Assembly: GCA_021779665.1 (NCBI GenBank)
Contig: JAJYAG010000002.1
Coordinates: 38,974-102,973 of the forward strand
Direction of reading: 5' to 3'
Source: Bacteroidota bacterium
GTDB lineage: Bacteria; Bacteroidota; Bacteroidia; Bacteroidales; JAAUTT01
Length of the DNA stretch: 64,000 bases
Both the position numbers and the translations under genes were made by a program. Positions 20,047-28,437 of this stretch are shown piece after piece. Numbering within the stretch: the first letter of the stretch is position 1; each line of letters begins with the position of its first letter. The notes beneath the pieces are model-generated. The model made no database searches. It was not told where the DNA came from and worked only from the letters and a program-made list of their open reading frames with translations.

Positions 20047-20976
20047 ATGAAAAAAAAATTAACCTGTATGATGGTGGCCTTGACGGCTATGCTTTGTATG
20101 TTTCCGCTTTTTACCCATGCGCAAAAGCCTGTGAAGCAGGTTCCCATAACCTTATCCTTAAATGCCTATTCGTTCAGCGATGTGCTGTCGGCTAAAACGC
20201 GTGACAACCAGCAGGTATTTACTTTGTTTAATCTTTTGGACTGGTGCGCATGCAATAACGTTAAAGCTTTAGATCCGACGGGCTATTTCTTTCCCACTTA
20301 CCCGGAAGTTCCTTCGGACGAATATCTGGCAAAATTTAAAAAGCGAGCTGCCGAACTGGGTATTGCCATCAGTGGCACCGGCGTGCGCAATAACTTTGCT
20401 TCGCCCGATCCGGCAGTCCGTGCTGAGGGTGTGAAGCTCGCCAAAGAATGGATTGTAGCTGCCTCAAAAATGGGAGCTCCAGTGGTCCGGTTGTTTTCGG
20501 GCGAAATCCCAAAGGGCTACGAAGATAAATGGGATGAAGTCGCTTCGTGGATGATAGCCTGCTACAAGGAATGTGTCCCGTATGCCGAAAAGTACAAGGT
20601 GAAAATTGGCATCCAGAACCATGGCGACATGCTCCAGACTGCCGACCAGTGTGTCAAAGTCCTCAAGGCTGTCGATTCCAAATGGGTGGGACTGATCGTC
20701 GACATCGGCAATTTCAAAGTAGCCGATCCTTACAAAGACATCGAAACCGTTGTGCCTTATGCTATAAACTGGCAGGTAAAGGAAAGTGTTTTTGGAAATG
20801 GTAACCCTGTCGAAACGGATTATAAACGCATCGTTCAGATCATCCGCAAGGGTGGTTACACCGGATACCTTCCTGTAGAAACCATTCTGGTGAAAGGTGT
20901 GCCTTACGATCCTTTTACACAGGTGCCACAGATGTTAAAAAAACTGGAAACCGCAATTAATGAAGTTTATAAATGA
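20047..20976 (+). CDS. Secreted sugar-phosphate isomerase/epimerase (xylose-isomerase-like TIM barrel)
   Basis: 309 aa with a signal peptide (MMVALTAMLCMFPLFTHAQ). The motifs VRLFSG, IGIQNHGD and DIGNF fit AP-endonuclease-2 / xylose-isomerase-like barrels. Confidence 0.75.
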   Translation: MKKKLTCMMVALTAMLCMFPLFTHAQKPVKQVPITLSLNAYSFSDVLSAKTRDNQQVFTLFNLLDWCACNNVKALDPTGYFFPTYPEVPSDEYLAKFKKRAAELGIAISGTGVRNNFASPDPAVRAEGVKLAKEWIVAASKMGAPVVRLFSGEIPKGYEDKWDEVASWMIACYKECVPYAEKYKVKIGIQNHGDMLQTADQCVKVLKAVDSKWVGLIVDIGNFKVADPYKDIETVVPYAINWQVKESVFGNGNPVETDYKRIVQIIRKGGYTGYLPVETILVKGVPYDPFTQVPQMLKKLETAINEVYK

Positions 20977-22838
20977 AGTTACAAGCAATGAAAAAACTAT
21001 TTATCGGGCTTTTTGCCTCTTTTACAATGCTGGCCGGCAGCACCTCCTATGGTCAGGAGCCGCTGATTACAAATGTCGACGGCAGAACATCCCTGACATT
21101 GAACGGAGTTTGGAAATATATTGTTGATCCCTATCAGAGCGGGTATTACGATTACCGGCGCGATGTCCGCGACCAGCAGCAAAAACCAAGCACCTCCGAG
21201 TCGCTCTTCCTGGGTTATAAACCACAGAACCCCTCGGATCGCGTTGAATACGATTTCGACAAAGCAGATAACATTCTCGTGCCGCGCGACTGGAACTCCC
21301 AGTTCGAAAAACTCTTCTATTATGAAGGCTCGGTGTGGTATTACAAGAAATTCGATTATCCGGATGTAAAAGAAGGCAACCGTCAGTTCCTGTATTTTGG
21401 CGCGGCCAACTACGAAGCTGATGTTTACCTCAACGGGAAAAAGCTCGGCAAGCACATAGGAGGTTTTACCCCGTTCAACTTTGAGGTAACCGGAAAACTA
21501 AAGCCCGAAGGAAACTTTGTAATTGTAAAAGTCGACAATACCCGCGGCCTCGAGAAAGTACCGACCATCAACACCGACTGGTGGAATTATGGCGGACTTA
21601 CGCGCGACGTTAAAATTCTGGATGTTGCAGGAACTTTTATCCAGGACTATTACATCCAGCTTGGAAAAGATAAAAACCAGATCGAAGTTTCCCTTGTTTT
21701 GAACGGAAACGGAAAAGCTAATCAATCGGTGCTGATCGAAATTCCGGAAGCCAAAATCAAAGCTACCGTAAATACCGATGGCGAAGGTAAAGGCAAAGCC
21801 TTGATAAATGCAAAGAACCTCAACCTGTGGTCGCCCGAAAATCCATTTTTGTACGAAGTTAAGCTCACGCTTAACAACAATGTGATTACAGAAAAAATTG
21901 GGTTCCGCACGCTTCAGGTACAGGGAACAGAGATTCTTGTAAACGGGAAGCCACAGTTTCTCCGTGGTATCTGTATTCACGAAGAGAATGGTGTTCGCGG
22001 CGGCAGAGCCTTTTCGCGCGACGATGCACGTATGCTCCTGGGATGGGCAAAGGAACTGGGCTGTAACTTTGTTCGTCTGGCTCACTATCCGCATAACGAA
22101 AACATGACCCGCGTTGCAGACGAACTTGGCATCATGGTGTGGTCGGAAGTGCCCGTGTACTGGACCATCCAGTGGAAAAACGAAGAGACCTACAAAAATG
22201 CCAGCCACCAACTTACCGATATGATTACCCGCGATAAGAACCGCGCTTCGGTAATCGTATGGTCCATGGCAAACGAAACTCCTGTTTCGCCCGAGCGTAC
22301 CGAATTCCTGAAAAAGATGATCACAGAGGCTCGTCAGCTCGATCAAATCCGACTGGTGAGCGCCGCGCTGGAACGTCATACCAAACCGGGAACTCAAAAC
22401 ACGCAGATCATTCAGGATCCGATGCAGGAATTTGTTGATATCATTGCTTTTAATCAATACATTGGCTGGTACGACGGATTGCCTGAAAAAGCCAGAACGG
22501 CTGTGTTCGACATTCAGTTTAACAAACCGGTAATCATTTCCGAATTTGGCGGTGGAGCTTTGCAGGGATATCACGGCGAAAAGAATGTGCTGTGGACCGA
22601 AGAGTTTCAGGAGGATCTGTACAAGGAAACCTTGCCGATGCTCGAAAAAATCCCGCAGTTAAGGGGTATGACACCCTGGATCCTGGCCGACTTCCGTTCG
22701 CCACGGCGGTTGCTCCCCGATATTCAGGACGGGTGGAACCGTAAAGGCCTTATTGCGCCAACAGGCGAGAAAAAGAAAGCCTTTTATGTGCTGAAGGATT
22801 ATTATGCAAAGAAAAAAGCGGCTTACGAAAACAAGTAA
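20973..22838 (+). CDS. Glycoside hydrolase family 2 (beta-glucuronidase/beta-galactosidase-like)
   Basis: 621 aa. The start overlaps the upstream stop (ATGA). GH2 strings are present: NGKKLGKHIGGFTPFNFEVT, NFVRLAHYPHNE, WSMANETP (acid/base) and ISEFGGGA (nucleophile). Confidence 0.85.
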   Translation: MKLQAMKKLFIGLFASFTMLAGSTSYGQEPLITNVDGRTSLTLNGVWKYIVDPYQSGYYDYRRDVRDQQQKPSTSESLFLGYKPQNPSDRVEYDFDKADNILVPRDWNSQFEKLFYYEGSVWYYKKFDYPDVKEGNRQFLYFGAANYEADVYLNGKKLGKHIGGFTPFNFEVTGKLKPEGNFVIVKVDNTRGLEKVPTINTDWWNYGGLTRDVKILDVAGTFIQDYYIQLGKDKNQIEVSLVLNGNGKANQSVLIEIPEAKIKATVNTDGEGKGKALINAKNLNLWSPENPFLYEVKLTLNNNVITEKIGFRTLQVQGTEILVNGKPQFLRGICIHEENGVRGGRAFSRDDARMLLGWAKELGCNFVRLAHYPHNENMTRVADELGIMVWSEVPVYWTIQWKNEETYKNASHQLTDMITRDKNRASVIVWSMANETPVSPERTEFLKKMITEARQLDQIRLVSAALERHTKPGTQNTQIIQDPMQEFVDIIAFNQYIGWYDGLPEKARTAVFDIQFNKPVIISEFGGGALQGYHGEKNVLWTEEFQEDLYKETLPMLEKIPQLRGMTPWILADFRSPRRLLPDIQDGWNRKGLIAPTGEKKKAFYVLKDYYAKKKAAYENK

Positions 22839-24263
22839 ATGAAAACAATATTTAGCATAGCACCGGCAATTCTGCTGGCTTCCCTATTGATGCCGAATGT
22901 TTCGCGTGCACAGGATAGCAAACAGGAAACATTTCACCAGGTGAAGGCCAGGCAAAATGCCGACAGCAAAGAATGGGCTACATACACGGCTAAAACTGTA
23001 GACCTGTTGCCCGGCTTCAAACCTAAAAAAGAACCGGCACTGAGCCAATATGGCGGCTGGAAAGTTAATAAATCGAAAGCAACGGGTTTTTTCCGCGTCG
23101 AGAAGCGCGATAACCGCTGGTGGATCATCGATCCCGATGGTTATCCGTTTATCCACAAAGGTGTGGCTGTTTTCCGTGCAGGAAATTCTGATTTGCAACT
23201 GGCTGAACTAAAGACAAAATACGGCGACAACGCCAATTGGGTCGAAAAAGAAAGTCAGATGCTGAGAGACCATGGCTTCAATGGTACAGGCGCCTGGTCG
23301 GATGTAGATCTGATGCGTGAGTCGAAAAAGCGCTTGGTGTACACGGTGATTGTCAACCCTATGAGCAGCTACCGTGGCGAGCATCTTAAAAAATTTGGCG
23401 GAAAATACGAAATGGCAGGTTGGCAGGGCTACCGATTTGACCTGGCCATGGTTTTCGATCCGGAGTTCGATACCTATGTGGAAAAACTGATTTCGCCCAT
23501 CGCCAAATATGCCAACGACAAATTTCTGCTGGGCTATTTTACCGATAACGAAATCCCCTGGAAAAACGACGCACTCGACCGTCACCTGAAGTATCTCAAA
23601 CCTGGTGAAGCAGGCTACGATGCTGCCAAAGCCTGGTTCGACAAGCGTAAAGGGAAGGACGCAACTCTGGAAGATATTACCGCTGAAGATCGCAAAGCTT
23701 TTATGAGTTTTTATTTCGAGACGTACCTCAAAAAAGTGAATGATGCAGTTCGTAAGTACGATCCCAACCACATGTTTCTGGGCTGCCGTTTTAACCAGTG
23801 GCCCGAAGAGCTGAGCAGTCCCGAGATATTTAAAGTTGCCGGGAAATACATGGATATCATCTCTATCAACCATTACCGTAAATGGGAACCCGACCAGCAG
23901 ATCATGAAGAACTGGGAAGCATGGTCAGGCCGGCCTTTTATCATTACCGAATGGTACACCAAAGGCGAAGACTCGGGTTTGCCAAACAGAACCGGTGCAG
24001 GCTGGAATGTTGCCACCCAGATGGATCGCGGGTATTTTTATCAGAACTTTACAATCGAACTGCTGAAAAGCCGGAATTGCGTTGGCTGGCATTGGTTCAC
24101 CTATCAGGATAACGATCCGCTGAACCTGAAGACCGATCCTTCCAACCGCGACTCCAACAAAGGCATTGTATCATCAAAATTCGAACCTTACAAACCTTTG
24201 CTGGATAACATGAAAGCTCTGAACAGTCAGGTGTACCCTCTGATACAGTTTTTTGATAAATAG
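22839..24263 (+). CDS. Secreted putative clan GH-A (TIM-barrel) glycoside hydrolase, family uncertain
   Basis: 474 aa. The start abuts the GH2 stop. Candidate catalytic pair: FTDNE (acid/base) and FIITEWY (nucleophile). The WWIIDPDGYPF motif is common in Bacteroidota hydrolases often annotated as agarase-like. Confidence 0.45.
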   Translation: MKTIFSIAPAILLASLLMPNVSRAQDSKQETFHQVKARQNADSKEWATYTAKTVDLLPGFKPKKEPALSQYGGWKVNKSKATGFFRVEKRDNRWWIIDPDGYPFIHKGVAVFRAGNSDLQLAELKTKYGDNANWVEKESQMLRDHGFNGTGAWSDVDLMRESKKRLVYTVIVNPMSSYRGEHLKKFGGKYEMAGWQGYRFDLAMVFDPEFDTYVEKLISPIAKYANDKFLLGYFTDNEIPWKNDALDRHLKYLKPGEAGYDAAKAWFDKRKGKDATLEDITAEDRKAFMSFYFETYLKKVNDAVRKYDPNHMFLGCRFNQWPEELSSPEIFKVAGKYMDIISINHYRKWEPDQQIMKNWEAWSGRPFIITEWYTKGEDSGLPNRTGAGWNVATQMDRGYFYQNFTIELLKSRNCVGWHWFTYQDNDPLNLKTDPSNRDSNKGIVSSKFEPYKPLLDNMKALNSQVYPLIQFFDK

Positions 24264-24297
24264 GACTTAAATTTACTTACTAATCTATGCTACTAAA

Positions 24298-25812
24298 ATG
24301 AGAAGAATTTTTTTGCTTTTTGGAAGTTTACTAAGCGTATTAAGTTTTTACACTATGGATGCACAGGTAACAGGCATTAAGATCGGATCGTTCGATCAGT
24401 TTTCGGATGTTGGATCTCCCAAAATCTCAGGAGCGGCTGCTTATACTGAGCCGTCGCAAACCTATCGCATTACCGGCTCCGGATCGAATATCTGGTTCGG
24501 CGTGGATAGCTTTGCCTTTCTTTCGAAGAAAATGAACGGCGATTTTATCATTCAAACCCGCATTAAATTCATTGACGAAGGTAAAGAGCTGCACCGCAAA
24601 ACGGGTCTGATGATCCGTCAATCCACAGCTGTTAACTCGCCTGTTGTTGCCTGTACGGTTCATGGCGATGGACTCACTTCGCTGCAATATCGTTTGAAAG
24701 CAGGCGAGGATATGAAAGAGATCAAATTCACCATTACTGGTCCTGATGTGCTCCAACTCGAAAAGAAAGGAAACACCTACACCATGTCGGTGGCTCATTT
24801 TGGCGAAAAATATCAGGTTGAGAAACTCGAAAATGCTGATTTGGGAGCCGATCTGCTGGCTGGCTTATTTGTTTGTTCCCATAACCGCAATACTTCCGAA
24901 GAAGTTGAGTTTTCGAATACCCGCATTTTCTATACCGTGCCCGACGACCTGGTTCCATACAAAAACTATCTTGGAAGCTTACTCGAGGTAATGGATGTAA
25001 CCACCGGTCACCGCGAGATACTTGCCGGCGCCGAAGGTTCGTGGCAGGCTCCCAACTGGACTCCCGATGGCAAAACTTTAATTTACAATGCCGATGGCAA
25101 ACTGTATAACTTCGATTTGGGCACCCGTCAGTCATCAGTTTTAAATACTGGTTTTGCCAATAAAAACAACAACGACCATGTCCTTACCTTCGACGGAAAA
25201 CAGATAGGTATCAGTCACCATGCCGAGGAAAACAAAGGGCAGTCGACCGTTTATACCCTGCCGGTTACAGGCGGTACTCCCAAAAAGATTACTGAATTAA
25301 GTCCGTCGTACCTGCATGGCTGGTCGCCCGATAATCAGTTTCTGATTTATACCGCTGAGCGGAATGGCGATTATGACATCTACAAGATTTCGAAAGACGG
25401 CGGCAAGGAAATTCAGCTCACCAATACCAAAGGCCTCGACGACGGATCGGAATATTCGCCCGACGGCAAGTACATCTATTTTTGCTCCACCCGTACCGGC
25501 ACCATGCAGGTATGGCGCATGACTCCCGACGGCAAGAACCAGACGCAGCTTACCTTCGACGAACTCAATAATTGGTTTCCGCATGTATCGCCCGATAACA
25601 AATGGCTTGTTTTTGTCACTTTCCCGAAAGAAGTACCTGCTGATCAGCATCCTTTTTATAAAAGGGTTTACATCAGGTTGATGCCCATCAATGGTGGCGA
25701 TATCAAAGTAATTGGCTATTTATACGGCGGACAGGGAACGATGAATGTTCCCAGCTGGTCGCCCGACAGCAAAAAAATTGCCTTTGTAAGCAACGGGACG
25801 TTTAATAAGTAG
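24298..25812 (+). CDS. Secreted protein: N-terminal lectin/beta-sandwich-like domain plus TolB-like (PD40/WD40-like) beta-propeller
   Basis: Repeated PD40-type strings are present (WSPDNQFLIY, YSPDGKYIYF, VSPDNKWLVF, WSPDSKKIAF). Confidence 0.6.
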   Translation: MRRIFLLFGSLLSVLSFYTMDAQVTGIKIGSFDQFSDVGSPKISGAAAYTEPSQTYRITGSGSNIWFGVDSFAFLSKKMNGDFIIQTRIKFIDEGKELHRKTGLMIRQSTAVNSPVVACTVHGDGLTSLQYRLKAGEDMKEIKFTITGPDVLQLEKKGNTYTMSVAHFGEKYQVEKLENADLGADLLAGLFVCSHNRNTSEEVEFSNTRIFYTVPDDLVPYKNYLGSLLEVMDVTTGHREILAGAEGSWQAPNWTPDGKTLIYNADGKLYNFDLGTRQSSVLNTGFANKNNNDHVLTFDGKQIGISHHAEENKGQSTVYTLPVTGGTPKKITELSPSYLHGWSPDNQFLIYTAERNGDYDIYKISKDGGKEIQLTNTKGLDDGSEYSPDGKYIYFCSTRTGTMQVWRMTPDGKNQTQLTFDELNNWFPHVSPDNKWLVFVTFPKEVPADQHPFYKRVYIRLMPINGGDIKVIGYLYGGQGTMNVPSWSPDSKKIAFVSNGTFNK

Positions 25813-25827
25813 AAATGAGAATTCTGT

Positions 25828-25874
25828 GAGTTGCTTCTATGCCCAGGCCTGAAGTGTGGGTATAGAAGCAACTC
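25828..25874 (+). terminator. Long hairpin after the last PUL gene
   Basis: A perfect 13-bp inverted repeat, GAGTTGCTTCTAT (25828-25840) / ATAGAAGCAACTC (25862-25874), with a 21-nt loop. It starts 16 nt after the stop codon. There is no T-tract. Confidence 0.45.
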
Positions 25875-26142
25875 AAATTTCAAACGCACGATATCATTTA
25901 ATAATTTTCTATCACTATTTCCCAATTCTGGGTAGGTGATTCAATAGTCCACCCCTATGCGGCTTGAACAATTCCACATAATAATTTTTACTATCAAGAG
26001 ATCACCGCTACGCGGCCGGTGAAGCTGCTACTAACCCACCTCCATTCATAAAAAAGCATTGTCATTTCGAGAATCCAACCAAAAAAACGCATAATGGGGT
26101 AATAACCGTGTATTCAACGCCGTAGGTGTTGCATGTTTGTAG

Positions 26143-26171
26143 CCGGGGGTGGAACGAAGTGAAACCCCCGG
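26143..26171. repeat. GC-rich hairpin element inside a 600-nt non-coding gap
   Basis: CCGGGGGT-(13 nt)-ACCCCCGG. Nearby strings (GTCATTTCGAGAA, CCGTAGGTGTTGCATGTTTGTAGCC) resemble intergenic repeat debris seen in many Bacteroidota genomes; this is from memory and was not searched. Confidence 0.3.
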
Positions 26172-26420
26172 GTTGAAAGCATATATTTCAGCGACGCGGA
26201 AAACATTTGAGGAAAGTGATTTCTCTGACATCGTCGCAATGGCTACCTCTTAATCAAAACTTATCATTGGTACCAAAGGGAGAAATCTATTTAATTTTTT
26301 TAAAAACTGGATTAATTCACGTCGGAAAGCCTGTTCTTTGGCTATTCCAGATTCAGCCATTTAGCCGGGCCTCTGTGTCCTCGCTATGGTTCTCTGTAAA
26401 CTTCTTGTTGGAATTTTTCA

Positions 26421-27185
26421 TCAAACTTTCTTTAAAAAAGCCAACCGTTTACCAACCTGTTTCAGCCATTCCCTTGCGATAACCTCGTGACCGGCTACCG
26501 TAGGATGAATTCCGTCCCAGATCCAGTATTCCACCGGGGCTTTCTTACATGCTTCGTCGAAAGCAGTCTGAAGTTTTACATATACGGCATTGTAATCGAG
26601 GGCTATCTTCTCGGCTATCCGCTGCCGTTCAGTTAAATCGGCAACACGCTTTTCCCAGTCAGGCGAGTTACCACTGTGCTTAAAAACAAAAGGCTGACTC
26701 AAAACCAGTAATACTTTGGGATTTTCCTTTATAACCCTGTCGAGCAGCGACCTGTAAATATCGTTATACATCTGAAGCGATACCGGGTCAGGACGGGAAT
26801 TAACCAGAGAGCTGGAGTCGTTGATGCCAATCAGAATGCTCAGCACATCGGGTTTGAGATCGAGCGTGTCTTCCTTCCAGCGTTTATCCAGGTCAGTCAC
26901 CTTGTTCCCGCTTATACCCCGGTTTATAAAAGTAAGCTTCTTTTCAGGAAAGGCATACCCCACCCTGCTTGCAATTGAGAAAGCATAACCATGCCCCATG
27001 ATATGATTGGGATCCTGGTTCCGACCGCGGTTTCCGTCAGTTATCGAGTCGCCCTGGAACAAAAACACCAGGCCATCTTCCTTCTGCCGACTTTCAATAT
27101 CATAAACAGATTGAGGGATTACAGCAGCAGCCACACTTCCGGCAGTGACTTTTTTAATGAATATACGGCGCGATTCGGAGCTCAT
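26421..27185 (-). CDS. SGNH/GDSL-family hydrolase (carbohydrate esterase-like) with Tat-type signal
   Basis: 254 aa. N-terminus SRRIFIKKVTAGSVAAAVIP. Block I FQGDSITDG (Ser nucleophile), GINDS, and DGIHPT (the block V Asp-x-x-His). Confidence 0.8.
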   Translation of the reverse strand: MSSESRRIFIKKVTAGSVAAAVIPQSVYDIESRQKEDGLVFLFQGDSITDGNRGRNQDPNHIMGHGYAFSIASRVGYAFPEKKLTFINRGISGNKVTDLDKRWKEDTLDLKPDVLSILIGINDSSSLVNSRPDPVSLQMYNDIYRSLLDRVIKENPKVLLVLSQPFVFKHSGNSPDWEKRVADLTERQRIAEKIALDYNAVYVKLQTAFDEACKKAPVEYWIWDGIHPTVAGHEVIAREWLKQVGKRLAFLKKV

Positions 27186-27350
27186 TGATCTAAATATTTT
27201 AGTGACTTACGAAACTAAAACATCAGTCCCAATTTAGCAAATCCCGAACCGCATGTAAAATGCTATTTGTCATATTGAGGGGAGTCGAAATATGACTGGT
27301 AATTGACTTTTCACACAGCCTCAGAAAAGGTGGCTGCTAACATAATGTCT

Positions 27351-28157
27351 TTATTCAAACAATCTCTGATCGACCTCGCACCGGAAATTCGCTGCAATTG
27401 CCCGGAGCTGTTCATCGGTAAGCGTTTGCTTTGCCCCGCCGGCAGCCATAACTTTAAGACAAATTTCAGCAGCTTTTTCGGCTACGTCAATCCTGCCGAA
27501 AGCTTCGTCGAGGTTACGGCCGCATCCACAAATACCGTGATACTGCCAAATCACAAGGTTACGCAGTGAAATGGCATCGGCAGTGGCACGTCCCAAGTCC
27601 ATGGACCCGGCCATGATCCAGGGCAAAAATTCAACCCCGGCAGGAAAAACTACAATACACTCTGCATGACTCTGCCACAAAAGCTTCGAAAGACTTTTGG
27701 TATCCAGATTTGCCACTGCGTAAGTGAGGGCAATCAGGTTGGTAGGATGCGTATGGATAAAGGCAAACGACTGGTTGTTTGTTTTCTTTTTGATACTGCA
27801 GTGCGAAAGTAAATGTGCCGGCAGTTCCGATGTTGGCGCTCCCTGAGGTTCGTAACCCCAGAGCAGCCTGTACGAAGCACCTTGTGAGTCAAGCTCAATT
27901 ACGCCGGTATTCTTCTCGGGGAACAGCTCTATGTTCCTTAAAAACCTGCCTGTTCCGGTAACGAGAAAGCGCTCACCGGCAATTTCGGGCATGGAAACAG
28001 GAAGTGGAAACGACTCCGACTTCGGGCTGTATCCGTCAAAAAGCGCAAATTGATCTTTGTTTAAGCGCAGGCTGATGTTTCCGCCGTTCGATTCAGCCCA
28101 GCCACGGCGCGCCATGTCGCTGCTGGTTTTTTTAATTTCTTCAATAAGTTTTTGCAT
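27351..28157 (-). CDS. rhaD: Rhamnulose-1-phosphate aldolase (class II aldolase)
   Basis: 268 aa. Close string matches to E. coli RhaD as I recall it: GWAESNGGNISLRL, FLVTGTGRFLRN, PTSELPAHLLSHC, HTHPTNLIALTY, ECIVVFP. Confidence 0.8.
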   Translation of the reverse strand: MQKLIEEIKKTSSDMARRGWAESNGGNISLRLNKDQFALFDGYSPKSESFPLPVSMPEIAGERFLVTGTGRFLRNIELFPEKNTGVIELDSQGASYRLLWGYEPQGAPTSELPAHLLSHCSIKKKTNNQSFAFIHTHPTNLIALTYAVANLDTKSLSKLLWQSHAECIVVFPAGVEFLPWIMAGSMDLGRATADAISLRNLVIWQYHGICGCGRNLDEAFGRIDVAEKAAEICLKVMAAGGAKQTLTDEQLRAIAANFRCEVDQRLFE

Positions 28158-28437
28158 GTAAATAGTTTAATTTTTTGTTCCATAATTCAACCGGCTTTTT
28201 TGATCCCGTCGGATCAGTTCTTAGCAATTTGCGCTTCCGAACCTTTCAAAGTAATACGTAAGAAAAACAGGTTTTATATTCAAAAGAGTATCTTTTTCAC
28301 AAATACCCTCATTCAGTCTTCAAAACTTTTTTAGTGCAAAGCGTGTTTCAAATTAGTATTCTTTTTGCAGGCCTACTGTCCGGCACTTAATACATGAGAT
28401 AATTAATTCGTTACTTTTGAAGCAATAATGTCAGATC

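Noticed and set aside
21498-22574. 358-aa minus-strand ORF, plus similar long antisense ORFs at 12333-13013, 23208-23873, 18488-18985, 19040-19465 and 41084-41662.
   Set aside because: Each lies entirely inside a longer opposite-strand gene with clear family motifs (GH2, GH3, GH-A-like, DUF362-like, GalU-like). Their translations are low-complexity with no recognisable motifs, so they are shadow ORFs.
26046-26482. ORFs 26046-26231 (minus strand, 61 aa) and 26207-26482 (plus strand, 91 aa) as genes.
   Set aside because: They are short, lack motifs, overlap hairpin and repeat sequence, and the plus-strand ORF runs into the 3' end of the convergent SGNH gene. They were treated as non-coding.
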